A stretch of 63,179 bases of DNA, filler included, from Neolecta irregularis DAH-3 (lineage: Eukaryota): NCBI GenBank assembly GCA_001929475.1. It is 4 parts of 4 records of this genome, joined end to end, with 100 filler letters (N's around TTAATTAATTAA, not from the genome) between each part and the next. Parts side by side here need not be neighbours in the genome. Positions count along the whole stretch, not along the records: positions 1 to 22,485 come from LXFE01002958.1; 3 more parts are not named here. One strand, written 5' to 3'. The notes under the pieces are model-generated. The model was not told where the DNA came from, searched no databases, and saw only the letters and a program-made list of their open reading frames with translations. Shown one piece after another: positions 1-14,031 of this stretch (its first letter is position 1; every line of letters begins with the position of its first letter). Position numbers and translations under genes: made by a program.

Positions 1-246
1 GAAAGATCGACTTTATGACCCCCATATCTGCTGAAGCAAACTGTATATCATCAGATAAGATATTAGATTGCACACCTTGCCGCCTCGTGATTGCTTGAGA
101 TCGCGGTGCGATTCAACCATTCGTCGTGCGAGTTCCATGTTTTCATCAACCTCAGCAGCTTCATTTTCTCCAGATGTTGTGGAGAGTTCTTCTTCGGTGT
201 CGTCCTCTTCACTGCCGCTGTGTTTCCGCTTTTGAACACTAGACAT
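1..246 (-). CDS. Probable Smc6 (SMC5/6 complex) N-terminus; runs off the window
   Basis: Acidic N-terminal exon, 35-nt GT-AG intron (41-75), then FASADMGVIKSIF, which resembles the G-x-I-x-x-I strand preceding NFMCH in Smc6; only a fragment is visible. Confidence 0.5.
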
Positions 247-503
247 AGGACCTGTAGTTTTCCTCCGTTTTCTCGAGGGACTATACTTTTCTGTTATAAC
301 CTTGAAATTTCAATGAGCGCACTTCTTGTGCTTCCTCCGCTTCCTCATCCCCAGATTGCATCTTACGTCTTGGTGGTCTGGAACTCCAGGGGCCGATTGG
401 AATGATATCTGTTGAAGAGATATTTGTATGGGTCGGGTTGGAGGCGAGATTCAATCCAATTGTATAATTTCGCGCTCGGTTCGTGTTGTTACTAGTCTAC
501 ATT

Positions 504-2525
504 CTAAACTGAAGCATCTAAAGCATCTGTCACTATTTTAACCAACTGATTTCCTTCCTCGAGTCCAACACTCATACGCACCAGAGAAGCCTCTACTCCG
601 TAGTTGGAAGCCTTGCCCGATATGAATAAGTAGTTTAAGTAGCGCTGTCATACCCATGGGAGTTCATTGTAATGAGCTAGTAGCGTATATGGGGAGCATA
701 AAGTGAAGTTAGTGCCCAGTGAAGGGCCTTTGGGTAGGGGTAACGCATCAAAGAAGCTTTTGGCTTGGCCTACAGTTTCAAAGGTGAGCGATAATAGTCC
801 TCCGTATCCAGCACCTTCAAGGCGAATATGATCATAAAATAGTCTTGATGGATTGATCTTGGGATAATATACTCGTTTTACTAGTCATGAGCCAGACGCA
901 CAATTCATCAAGACCCTGCCTGCAGGATGTAATTGAATGGCCTCACATAACATCTCGGCATTGGAATTGATCCTGTGGATTCGGTCAACGAAATCTCGAC
1001 TATTGCGTTCCAAATGTACTGCATCAGTAAGCCAAAGGGTATCTTCATATTCAAGCTTCATGGCCTTCTTTAAACGCTGGTAAAATCGCGATCTTGGGTT
1101 CAAGACCAAACTAGAATTGAGCCGGAACTGGGACTCATTCTATTACCTGCCACCCATAACATTGCTGTCTCCGCTGAAAACTTTTGTGAGACTACTAACA
1201 ATAATATCTGCATATGGGAGAACATTGATGTTGGCGAATGTTCCAATCGTCTCATCAACAACGACGCAAAAATCAAACTTATCAGCGAGTAAATGTATTC
1301 GGCTGAGATCAGGAGTTGTAAGAAGTGGATTCGAAGGGGCCTCGCAAAACAATGCAAGAATTTTCTCTCCAGAGTTTAGCAATCTTTCTATCTGGTCGAG
1401 TTCCTCCGATGATGCAAAGCCATAAAAGTAACTCCCTGGACCAAACTTGTCAAGAATCTTCAAAGTATCCGAATAAGGAAATCTATGGTGTTAATATCTA
1501 TGCAACTCAAATTACCCTTAGATACCCATAGCATAAACTTTTGAACTCGCCAATGATATTGAGAAGGATTCGATGGGCATTATAGATGGCACTCATACCA
1601 CAAGGATATAAGTAAACATCGTCCTTGCACAGCCCATTCCACTGCCTTGACTGCAAAGCGAGATCTTGGTTGACGATTGATTCATGAGACGACAACTGTT
1701 TCAGTATTCCAGAAATTCTTTGTCTAAGCGCCGTCTTTGCTCGATCTGCAAGTTGAACAATTACGTTTCTTCCATAGTGCTCTTCGAGATAAGTGAGATG
1801 ATCACTCTGCAATGTCTCTTGAGTGATGCTGAGTGTTGTTTTCTCTGCATTGTAAGGCTTCCTTGCATAATGACTATGAAAATGTGCAAACGACATATTG
1901 GAGTTCGGATCAATCGCAGATTGCTTGTGCTTGCTAGTTCTGAGCTGTTGCAAGAAATACTCTGCCATTCTACTTGAGATTCCTTCTCCAGTATGCTGCC
2001 AGAAAGCTTTCGCAACTTTTGAGAGGCTAGGATGGAAAAAAGCAACGAATATGTGAGCGGTCAATTCTGACTTTCCATGATCAAGACTCTCGTTTGTGTA
2101 ACTGGAAGCCAACAAATGAACGGTGTGTATATCGGAGACAAAGCGACCATTCAACGAATCAGAATATCTACCAACAAATTGTTTAAAACGCTGAGAGATC
2201 TGCTCGGAAGGAAATATCATGGCTTCTTCTTCGGGTTTACCAAACTTTTGAAGACAAGCTAGACCAAGCTGTAGCGTCAAACAGCATTCTACTTCAAAAA
2301 TGCAGATACTTGCCGAATAATTGGGTTTATAAAAAATCTAGGCGTCAATTCGCGCATCTATAACACCTACCGTGGATAACCAGATTTCATGCATTCATGA
2401 ATCCACCTCTCGCCCTCCTCATAGGCCACATTATCAGACCATTTAGGCAAAGATACAGATATGGCATGCGGAGTGTCTTGGGGCAATTCATTACCAACAT
2501 CGATACCAACGGATGCAGTAGTCAT
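504..2525 (-). CDS. Cystathionine gamma-synthase (Str2-like, PLP-dependent), multi-exon
   Basis: N-terminal [47 protein letters not shown] (PLP lysine), [12 protein letters not shown]-terminal [12 protein letters not shown] at 504-506. Confidence 0.9.
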
Positions 2526-2582
2526 GGTTAGAAGCAGTAACCTTGATCACGTGTATACACGCCTCCGTCAAATTTTTATGCA

Positions 2583-5500
2583 ATGGTCGGCATATTGATA
2601 AAAAGAAAAAGAACAGAAGAGGATTCTGTTGCAAAATGCAGCGAAACCGGAAGAGGAGCAGTAGCTACGGCATCACAGGATCCGATATCGGCGCCGCAAT
2701 CTACTGGATCTTTCACTGCTCCAAACACATACGACGAGGCATATTCACACAACATGCTCAAGCTGGAGACGGACGAAATTTTGGACGAAGTCAAGATAAA
2801 TTTCGAGCGTCTTGGTGAGGTTGATGAGTTACTTCGAAAAGTGAAGAGTTTGATCGAAGAGATTCCTCCTTCTTCTGAGATGAAGGTACGTTTGTCTTTT
2901 AGAACTACGACTCAAACATTCAGATTTTGGACTATGCCCAGCGCTTGCACGAGAAAGGCAAGATTAAGGTGCCTTTTTGCGAACCAAAGCCCTCGAAAGA
3001 AGCGTTAAACATGTTTGCCTATGAGAAACCCATACGAGTTTCAGTTATTGGGAGCTTCCTCCTTCAAACCATGGCAAAACACCCGGCTGGCCTAGTGATT
3101 GATCTGGCTGTATGTATGCCAAAGGTACGAAAGCCAGTTCACTGTTGCGATTTCTAATCCAGACTGCGTTTCAAGAGAAGGATTACCAAGATTACCGATA
3201 CTTCCACAAAAGAGCATGTTATGTTTCTGTTATTGCTTCAGAGATACAGAAGAAAGCGAAAAGTCTAGATATCACTGCTTCATTTGATGCATGGCATGGA
3301 GACCTTCAAAAACCAGTACTCCTTATCCGCCCCAAGACCAGTAACTTATCTATTATTTTGTTCTAAACTTATTCTCAAGAAACTAAGAAGGTGAATTTCT
3401 CAATCCGAATAATTCCTGTACTTTCGGAAGATGCTTTTATAATCAAGAAGCTTAATTCAACTCGATGTAATATCCGACATTTACAGCTAGAGAACCCCTC
3501 GAAAGAATCCACGCCAAGATATAACGCTTCGATCTTGGCAGATATGCAAACACAAAAGAGCCTCGAATTTTTGTATGCACAACAAAAACTTTGTGTAGGA
3601 TTCAAAAATGCCTGTGTTCTAGGACGAATTTGGTTAGAACAACGAAAGTTCTCTGGGAATTACTCAGAAGGCGGCTTCGGAATTTTCGAGTGGTCTATGT
3701 TGTTGTCGTTTTTACTTCAAGGCGGTGGCCCTCGTGGCGGTAAGTTGCTTGCTGGAGGATACACCTATGTGCAATTGTTTAAAGGGGTACTTCAATACAT
3801 TGCTACGCATGATTTGATTGAACAACCAATCAAGTTCGATACAGGAAAGTTGGCAGTGGCAGTGGCAGTTACTGGTTGTCCTGTTCTTGAGGATGCTAGC
3901 TCCGGTTTGAATTACCTCTATAAAATGACTAGATCTTCATATCTACAGGTATACCAATTTCTTTTTCGACTGACAATCAAGTTAAAATTTGAGGCCGAAA
4001 AAGCGCACCTTGCCTTGCACAATAGTTCGAATAACTCTTTCGAAGCTCTTTTTTTGAGAGAAATTCCACATGATCATTTGCGCTATGATATGTTTTTCAG
4101 GTTTGACGACCTTTTCAATTATCGTCGTCGCTTATGATGATAGATTATCAATTTCTCCTGATATAGCAGTCTCTACGACCGATATTATCGAGCCTACATT
4201 ATCTAGAATCGCGAAGATTGAGGATGTCATCCGAAAGACCTTATTAGATAGAGTTTCTCTAATTTCTATTCGTTCTGCAACAATTCCAACATGGAGACTG
4301 AACGAAGTTACTCCTTCATACAACAACCGGGCCCTAGATGTCGGGTTTATTCTGAACCCTGAACGTTGTGACAGAATCGTCGAAAGAGGTCCTTCCGCGG
4401 ACAACAGGGAAGCTGCAGAGGAGTTTAGAACATTTTGGGGAGATAAAGCAGATCTTCGAAGGTTTAAGGATGGAAGCATCAAAGAAAGTGTCGTTGCTCA
4501 ATCGGAACCATCGAAGTTTTACCCTGTCATCATCGAAGAATTCCTTGACTGGACGCTCCAGAGACATTTTGGAGAGCAAGTTGCAAAATGTTCTAGGTCT
4601 ATGGGGATGGTCGTAGCATCATCTCTCGACTTTGCAACAGAATATCTTCCAGCCGTGAAATCATTAGCTTCTCAAGTGGAATCGTTTTCGCCGATTGTTG
4701 CTGCATATGATGACATCGGTAAAGCAATCAAAGGACTTGAAGATTTACCTTTACGAGTATCGAGTATTATGGGATCTAGTCCAGCTCTGCGGTACTCTTC
4801 CACTCAAATTCCCCTTCCACATCCCCAAACAAATGCTGCAAACCTTCCAGAGTCCTGTCAATATCTTCAGCCAATCGATTTTATCTTGCAACTGGAAAGC
4901 TCAGGCAAATGGCCGGATGATCTCGAAGCTATCAAGAGAGTTAAAGTGGCCTTTCTTCTTGACATCTCTAGGCGATTACAAAGTCAGAAATCAATCCCAT
5001 CTCAAATTCACATTCAAACGTCCCGACATGGCCGAGAATTTCCAGTGCTTGAAATATATCACAGCACTGGATATGTCTTCCGTGCTCAATTACATCATGA
5101 TCGAGACGCTACGCTGTACCAGAATAAGATTAACCAGCTCACGGCATTGAAAGATCCCTCTTTTAGTCGTTACAAAGATCTCTTGTCCGACTATACCCAA
5201 ACGTTCGTGGCTGCCCCACGACATACTTTGCAGATTCAGGCGTTATGTCAGCAACATCCTTACTTATCACCGACTATTCGTCTTGTCAAACGATGGATGC
5301 ATAGTCATATGCTGAGCCCTCACATTGACGATGAGAGTATCGAACTCCTTGTCGCAAGCGTATTCACAAGCCCTTTCCCCTTTCATATTCCATCTTCGGC
5401 GGTTACGGGATTCTTAAGAGCCCTCCAACTTCTCTCTTCTTGGGATTGGAGACTTGATCCAACTATTGTGACTACTATTGATCCCATTGATGCGAATGAA

Positions 5501-6282
5501 CGAGATGAAATTTCCCAGAATTTCAAGAATATCCGAGGTCAAGATCCTGCTGTCTCGCATTTCGCGTGGTTTATCGGCACCAAGCACGACCTTGCATCAA
5601 TATCACATACAAAAGAACGACCAAGTCGAGTAATTGCCACGCGGGTTACATATCTTGCCAAGATGTCCCTTCAGGCACTATTGCAAGATTCGACAGATCT
5701 GGCTCAGGTATAAAATTGTGTAGAATGACTAGTGATTTGGTAGAGCACCTTCCTAACACCCTTAAAACATTTTGATTTCATAATCCACTTGAACTCAGAT
5801 CTAAATCCTCGGTCATACCAAAGACTTTCGTGGAAAACTTCAATAGATGGCATAATTAAGCCGGTTAAAGTGTATAAGAACGTCACGGAGGAATCATTAG
5901 TACTTCCGAAGGTTGATTTTGATGTCGTAAAGGAATTAGTCAAAGAAATTCACGTATGTCTTGATTAATGAAATCTCGCTTATTGCAAGGATATATATGG
6001 GGAAACTCTCGTCCTTCTTTTCGATGAATTTGGTGGCAATGTAATTGCTGGACTATGGACACCCAAAATCAAATCCCAGAAAACTTGGAAGGTAAATCAA
6101 GGCTGTTCGACTATCCCTGTGTCGACTTTTGGAACAGAGAAGGTATACTTTTGGGCTCCTAATTGAGTTAATGTATACAGGCCGATTCCATAATCTGCAA
6201 CAAAGCGGCCATTCTTGCAGAACTTGAAGAGTTAGGTGGGTCTCTAATCAACAAAATTGAGGTCATCACTGAGCTCAGTTGA
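2583..6282 (+). CDS. UTP22: U3 snoRNP-associated protein Utp22 (Nrap/NOL6 family)
   Basis: FQEKDYQDYRYFHKRACY, TPRYNASIL, FWGDKADLRRFKDGSIKES, LESSGKWPDDLEAI, SPTIRLVKRW across several short-intron exons. Confidence 0.95.
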
Positions 6283-6385
6283 ATGGACTTTTGCTAAAAA
6301 GAGACGTGTATCACTGTTTATTATTCCGCATTTGCGCCTTCATGAATAGAACTACAATATATTATAATGAAAAGATATGAAATGG

Positions 6386-9300
6386 TCAGAGTGCGTTTTT
6401 TAATAACTTTTGTGACGTTGACAAGTCATGTGGATATCTGCGAACATCAGTCCACAAACTTGGAAAGACAGATTACCGGCATCTTGCATCTTGCAGAGAT
6501 ATTACTTCGTAAGAACCTTCTTGAGAAGTAAAGAGACTGTAGACGTGCTCATTCGTCTGCACAGTATGCGTCTCATAAATTTTGGGTTTTGTTTTTCGTT
6601 TCTTATCTACGACTTCAGTTCGAGCGTAGGTGAACGAAAAAGGCGGCTCTCCATAGAAATGGAAGTTCAGTTCTGCTTGTTCACCTACCAGTAAGCATTA
6701 TCATGTACCAATAACATGCCTTCGTGAATGTCTTCCACAATGCTATTTCCCTGAGCTACACGTACGGAGGGAATGTCATAAATTGGTTTCGAAAGTCCTA
6801 CTGTTGCCTTGCAATTGCTCCCTCTGTCACTTACAGAAATGATAGTCCAATTGCCAGGCTTCTCCGCAATTCTTGTAAATGTTCCAGTAGGACTGGATGC
6901 GACTCTTCTCTTTCCTTGAAATTCATATTCAATTTGCCAGGGTGCTTGACCGGCGAGATTGTAGGAAACTTAAAGTTAATGCTTTCAGGACTCTTGACAT
7001 ACTCCTATCTCCTACACAATACCAAGTCCTTTCGTCAACTGGATGAATCGAAGGAATTTCAGTGACAGAAATGGTAATGTGTCCTGCAGAATTAGGGTCG
7101 ATGTATCTCGCACAGCCATTTGCGTCGGTAATTTTAGCGATTCGTATCCGATGTCTTCCAAGAGTCATCGCTTGAGCTGGCAAGCGCAGTTCATAACTAT
7201 TTTTGGTGATCGAAAAGGAATTAAATGAATCAGTACGACCACTGATTTCATGTTTGATCTCAATTTCGAGAGCAAAGGGAGCAGTCCCTTCTAGTTTAAG
7301 AGGAATTCCTTCGGTATCTGTATCTTCCGGGTCTGTATTAAGACAGTAGGAATATGTTTTGCCAGGATTTGCGAAATTTGCGGTTGGCTTAGGGTTGACT
7401 CGCTGCTTGACGAGGAATAAAGAATCAGAGTCCGGGCTGTTAATATCTGTGTAAAGTGCATCTGAAATTTTCTTGAAGCGATACTGGACTTCTCCTGATT
7501 TTGTACTAGTTATTCGAATTGATGCATGAGGCAACGCCGCAGTAAGTTCTTTGTGGATAGGTCTTTCAGCGTAACCATCTTCGGTAAAATGGATAATGTC
7601 ATAGTCTACCGTGAATGGCGGATTTCCTTCGCATTAGCGATAATACTTGAGAGCATTTATATACCAGAGAATTCTACGGTGAAGATATCCTCGTCACCTT
7701 CGCAAACATCGTTTCGTGTAATTACACGTTCATCTCCAGAAATAGATGGCATTCTCAAAGAAGGTTTCTCCAACCAACCAACTTTGAAGCGCTGACCTTC
7801 AGGATCAAGAGTACCAGGGCAGCTGGAATCCTTGATCTCGACGAGCTCGTATTCGCCTTCTTCCGTAACTGTCAAAAAATCGTTCGCATCTGCAATTATC
7901 ACGACTACAGGCATGTTATTGGGTTTCGGGCGATTCAAATTTCGATAAGAGACTTGCCATGGCTAAAACCTAAGCATTTCAACTTTAGCAGACATACCTT
8001 ATTGCCAGTCAAGCGCAAGGGAATTTTTACTGAAGATCCTTCCGTGACCTTCATCTCTCTGGATCCATCTAAAATGTAGAAATGCCCCCTGGGTCTCTCC
8101 CTCCTGACTTCTAATTTGACGTCCTTCTCCTTCAGCATTGTTTTGCAACCATTTGAGTCAATAACTGTAGTTAAAGAAACTGTATATGTTCCTCCACTTG
8201 TCAATTCAGGTGTTTCTATTGTGAACTTATAATTCGAGATGTTATTCGCCGTCTTCTTATCATGTTTACCGTTTGGATATATAAAATCATAATGTAGTTC
8301 AAACGGTGCCGACCCAATGAGCTTCACACCGATCTTATCGTTGGACCCCAGGCATATTTTTCGTGGAGAATGTCTATTACCCAAGTCAAAGGCTGCACTA
8401 GCAAGTGGGAAGACAGTCTGTTCGGTTCGTAGTTTCTTTCGGTCCAGTTCAATATTATTATAATTTGCATCATTCAAGTTCGTAAATTCATAAATATAAT
8501 GACCCGCTTCTTCAGGCGTGAATCGTAGTTGCTGCCGTAATCTCTCCACCTTTGTACGATGCGAGGAAGCATGTTTCTGGTCCCTAATAATACGGTAATC
8601 GACAGTGAAAGGTGGTTCTCCGATGAGAATAAGGTCAACCGAAGTACCAATTGATCCTGTGCACTTATCTTCGATTGAATCAAAAGATACATCGAGACTT
8701 GGATGAGGAGGGGTAATGACTGTACAAATCGAAGGCTCGAGAACTTCTCCGCTGCAGAACGAAGTGTGGATGGAACGAAGGGAATAGATCCCAGGTTTGC
8801 TAATGGCAAGTTTGTCGTTTGGTTCCTTGAGCGCAATAATCTTTTTGTGCACTGTGGAGCCTTCACCGACCTTATATTCCAATTCAACGCTAAAAGGACC
8901 TGGGTCCTGTGATCGTACTTGAAACGGTAACTCGCATTTGCGACCTTCAAGGAGCTTCAAGGTTGGATGACAATCCTGAAAGAATACTCTTGGTCGTTCG
9001 TGGACTCTAAAGATTTGTGACTGTTCATTACCAAGCGGCATTGGATTATCGCCATCCTTATACGAGACGATATTTCCACAGGCATCCTGGACTTCTTCAA
9101 TTCTGTACATACAGTCACCAGCAGTCGTAAGTGAAGAGTTGAGTCGAATATCAACAACGTGTGTCTGAGCCCAAGATAGATCAGAGTCTTCCATTTTTGC
9201 GAGAGCATTCGAGCCTTGACTGAATAAAGGAGATGAATAACCATCCGGCTGTACACTTTCGATGGTAGAAATTGACTGACGGTCCGTTACTTTCCGGCTG

Positions 9301-10292
9301 TACTGGACTTTCAGAGGAGGCAGACCACTGACTCGTATTCTCATCTCATCGAAATCGTTAGTACATCGATCAAAATTGGATTCAGTATTCAATGTTCCAA
9401 ATACAGCGCCTGGGCAAGGTACAACAAGAACGTCGGAGCGGTACACTCTAATTTCAAGCTTATGGTCGTCCAGTGCTTTCTCTAACCGGTATAACCCGGC
9501 CTTGTCAGCAGCCAACGGAATGGTGTAGGCAGCGGAATGAACTGCATCAGGCTCTGCCTGTTCGACGAGTTTCCGCAGTTTCCGGCCCTTAATCTCATAG
9601 AATGTTTTCTTGCTCGTTTCAAAGTCTGTGACAGAGTAATTTACCATGGTAGGGACCGTGGAATTGAAACGAAGTGGTATCGGAATGGTAGAACCGGTGT
9701 TGACACAAAGGCATGAGCCTCCAATTGAAGCTCCAAGCTTCACGGTACTCTCAGGCAGCACATGGACTGTATGTTTACCAAGAATTCGAGAGGAATTGAA
9801 TACGATATCGTTCACCTTCACTCTCCGTTCATCGATCGACATTTCCCGATTCAAGATGACCTTCCAGGCTGAACAAACTAGAGCACTCAGGGGCACCTGT
9901 ACATTAGCGGGACAGAATCCAGAAAGAAGAACCACCTCGTATCGCGAGCTTAACATCAAATCAATTGCAAACATTACGGCAATCTGAATCAGCGTTGTCG
10001 AAGGCTGGAAGCACAACCACGGTATCCGAAACACTGGAAGAAGATATAATGCCAATCCATCCGTCAATAACCATTTAAATGCAAACGCGAGCTCCGTCAT
10101 GTCGTCCGTGGGAGAAGTTAACCGATAAAAGTCGTATAGTTTAAGTGCTTGGAGCATGCCCAGGAAGGCAATTGCATACATGCGTTGAGTAGGTATATCA
10201 ACCATGGTATCTGGTATGAGAGGACTCCCATTTGGAGTAGCTGCTGGCCGAGCAGTATTTGTCTCCTGCACAGGCGTGGGTGGTGTAGACAT
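6386..10292 (-). CDS. POM152: Transmembrane ring nucleoporin Pom152
   Basis: DIPTQRMY N-terminus, TM segment (LPVFRIPWL), ILGKHTVHVLPE, repeated Ig-like units with G-x-PPF and D-x-x-GC motifs; hand-spliced C-terminus ending at TGA 6386-6388. Confidence 0.93.
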
Positions 10293-10461
10293 GGAGGTTG
10301 CGGGAGTTACCGGCTCAGGAATATGGTTCAGTTTCCACTCTTGCCGGAATGTCTCGAGATTTGAGGAAGTTGGAAAAGGCAGTCACGCCAACAGATAAGC
10401 CCGCACACCCCTCCAAAACACTATTATCCCTTCAGTCACCTTCTAGCTCTTTTCAACGAAA

Positions 10462-11004
10462 ATGAGTCACGGTACTCCCGGGTTTTTCTGCGTTGTGGCT
10501 CATACCTATAGTCGCTAAAGGAGAAAAGCAAGGCGAAGAACCCGCCATCAAGGTTCACAGAATCCGGATCACCCTCACTTCTCGAAATGTCAAGAACCTC
10601 GAGAAAGGTATGGTGTGGTTTTGGATAGCTTATCTTACTAGTAGTCTGTCATGATCTTATTTCTCGCGCGAATGATAAACGACTCCGAGTAAAAGGACCT
10701 GTCCGTCTTCCAACGAAAATATTGACTATTTCTACCCGAAAATGTACGCCCTTCTTTGCTCCAAGCCACATATTAAATATCCAAGCTCCCAATGGTGAGG
10801 GTACTAAGTCTTATGATCGTTTCGAAATGAAAATCCATAAGAGATTAATCGAGTAAGTTCTTCTAATCACGAAATAATCATTAATCTTTCAGTCTCGACT
10901 CACCTTCCGAGACTGTGAAGCAAATCACATCAATCCAAATTGAACAAGGCGTAGAGGTCGAAGTGACGATCCAGTCGTCTGGAAACGCGCCAGAATTTCA
11001 ATAA
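10462..11004 (+). CDS. RPS20: 40S ribosomal protein S20 (uS10), 5 exons
   Basis: Spliced translation [55 protein letters not shown]. Confidence 0.95.
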
Positions 11005-11112
11005 ATGCTATATATTTTGAAATAAAAAGTGTATCTGCGTGAATTATGAAGCCGCCGCACAGCTTTATGCCTTTAAATGAAACCCATTTCTCCCAGAGTT
11101 GAAACATGGACA

Positions 11113-12746
11113 TTACCGCACTGAAAGAGGTGGTTCAATCTCCGGTATCTTTCCTATGACAAACTTAGTGGCCTTGAAAGCCTCCAAAATTTCGGCTGGA
11201 AGATCGCTCTCTAAGGGAGGATCTGGAGCGCCTTGTTTAAGAAGTTTTCCACTGCTTTTTGTTGAACTTTGTGCTGGATTGCTGCCAAGTGAGGAGGCAG
11301 ATGTTGACCCAAAAGCGGGTTGTGTGGTTCCAAAACCACTGGTATTGGATCCAGATGCTGGCCAGGTTGATCCCGCTTGACTTGGTAAGGTCGCTGTTTG
11401 ATTGGCCGTTGGTTGATTCATTTGCTGATCAAACGTTGATTGCCCAAACACAGAAATTGGTCGTGATGATTGCCCAAATATTGATGTTGATTGAGCTGTT
11501 CCTGTTCCAAAGGCCGGAACTGAGGTGCTTGAAGTACCGAATGTGGTAGCATTCGCCGGAGCTGTTGTATTCGGCTGTGAAAATGGTGACTTTGGCTGAG
11601 TGGATTGGCCAAAGACTGCAACTTGCCCAAATGTTGAGCCAGTAGATGAAGTGGCCGAATTGGCGCCAAAAACTGACTTGGGTTGGCTGGTCTGTCCAAA
11701 ACATGACGTAGGAAGATTCGTCGAACCGAATACTGAAGTTGGTTTTCCTGTTTGACCAAATACAGATGCGGGTTGACTAGTTTGTCCGAATGTCGTCACT
11801 GGTGTGCTGGTCTGACCAAATGTTGAGGTAGCAGACGGTAGTGAAGTTTGTCCAAAAACTGAGGTGGGTTGATTACTAGAGAATGGCGATTTTGACGCTG
11901 TTGAACCAAATGTGCTTTGTCCAAAGACGGAATTTCCCAGCTGCGAGGGGGCTCCAAAAGCAGGCGTTGCACTGGATCCAAAGGAACTCGTAGCCTTGAA
12001 AGGAGAAGCTTGAGCAGAACTTTCGGATACTGACGAACTTTGTCCAAACGTCGAACTAGCTAATTGACTATTACTGCCAAATGTTGGTATTATTCCGCCT
12101 AATCCACTGACACTACCAAATGCAGATGGTCGAGCTGATTGACCAAGGGTTGAAACAGTAGTCGACCCAAATTTTGTACTATATGCATCCGTCTGCGTTG
12201 AAGCGGCGGGTTGAGTCGTCGCGTTTGAGGAGGAATTACGAGATGTGAGAGTTGCGAGCGCTGTTTTAAGATCGCTTAGTATATTGGACGTCTCGTTTTG
12301 GGTTTCGTTAATCATAGTTTGTACTTCACTTTCCTTGATATCAGTAGGTTTAATATCCAAGCCGTACGTATTGTTGCATCCTCCTAGAAGCCTGATACGC
12401 ATAAGCCTTTAATCGTAATTCTTCCGGCGAAATATCTCGACCGCTGATTAAAGCAAGGCCATCCCCTCGACCAGGAGTATAACTCGAAAATGGCCATAAT
12501 GGCCTCTCGGTCGTCAAATCTGTTCTTACCGAGTCTTCTCTTGTATGTAAGCCAAGTTTCTCGCCGTGATACTTGCGTAAATTGAGGAACACCAACTGGC
12601 TTTGAAACTGGGCTGTTTCCAATCAAAGCAGATTTTGTAACTCCCGGCGGTAATGCCTCGCCAATAAACGGCTGCCGATGTTCAAACCGACATGTTGAGG
12701 CGGTATTTCTGCAGTTTCCTTGGAGATAATACTTGCAAAGTGTCAT
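11113..12746 (-). CDS. FG nucleoporin Nup42/Amo1 (CCCH zinc finger plus FG repeats)
   Basis: CKYYLQGNCRNTASTCRFEH zinc finger, ERPLWPFSSY..DISPEELRL, many (V/T)FGQ repeats, C-terminal Gle1-binding-type F..GKIPEIEPP. Confidence 0.88.
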
Positions 12747-12846
12747 TTATGGTGTGACAACACACGATTTGGGTTGCAACCAACAACGACCCAGTCGGTT
12801 TTGACTTTTTACTCTTTCTAAACAACCAAAAGTATATTATAGCTCC

Positions 12847-13919
12847 ATGGAAGATGCATGTCAACCGAATCCAAACCAATGATTTATGCTGACGCTTGAT
12901 GCAGATTGATCGCTTCGCTACCACTTTTTCCCTAAACCCGTCTATTTTCCCATATTCGAAATCCCTTGTAGCTACGATCACCCGTCGCAGAGAACAACTA
13001 GGCCAATTATTCATTGATCTATTCTTGACGCAACTCGCGCAACTTCCGAATGCACCGTCGTTTTATCCTCCTAAGTCGCTGCCGGATCTCAAGAATTTGT
13101 ATGCACAAATCGATCAGAGCAATTTAAATCCACTACAGAAACAGTCTTATTATTACTATTTATTAAAAGATTGGGGTGCGATGGCTGAAAAATACGCAAA
13201 TTCGATGCAAATTCCCGAGACATATAGACGTTTAATAGATGGATTCTTTTCCATGGATCGCTTTGAATTTGAGGTATATCGATTACGCCTCGAATGATTT
13301 GACAGGATCCAGGACGCGGTTCGACATCTTTCTACGCCATCTCTATACCCCAACTTTTCAGATAAGATAATCGAGACCTTTATTCGGTTTGGAGGAGAGA
13401 ATGGCGCGTTGTTAGCTCTAACTTTTATCAATTCTGCGCAACCTCCTTTGACTTTGGATAATACAATCAAATTGTATGTTTTAGCGATGGTGGACATGAA
13501 CTTGGCATCTGCTTTCATGTACTATGTGAGTGGCAATTGTACAATTAATGCTAACTGCTTAGAGAACATGTCCCGCACATTTACGACACGACCTTTTCAC
13601 TAGCATAATAGACTTTTGTCTTGATCGGAATTCAGGGTCACATATGATGCAGTTACTTGACCTCCCAATGTCTAAAGGTGAACAACAAATCTTTTCATCA
13701 CATCTAAAGGTCTCTGCACATCGACTTGCTTATGAGACTTTACTAGTTTGGAACATCCAACGTGGAAATCCTGTTGCTGCACTATCAATTGCTTCAAGTA
13801 TTGAATCTCGATCAAGCTCGCATGAGCATGGAAAGACTGCCCAGAGAAGAGAATTGATCAACGGACTAGAGAAGTCATTGACTTCTTTGCAGAGAGTAGC
13901 TCAACAACTGAATGTATGA
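12847..13919 (+). CDS. ELYS-domain nuclear pore assembly protein (Ely5-like)
   Basis: LFIDLFL, FYPPKSLPDLKNL, KQSYYYYLLKD, IDGFFSMDRFEFE match the fungal ELYS domain; start inferred through a GC-AG first intron. Confidence 0.8.
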
Positions 13920-14031
13920 TGTCAAATAGTAGTTTTCAGAGGGGAGAAAATTTTGAGCTATTCTTTCTCAGATGACAAAACTTTGTTAGTGCCATACAGT
14001 ACATACACCTTGGTTTCCTTAAAAGGATTGC

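Noticed and set aside
11400-12130. Regularly spaced short repeats that could suggest a CRISPR-like array
   Set aside because: They encode the FG repeats of Nup42/Amo1; degenerate at the DNA level and in a eukaryote.
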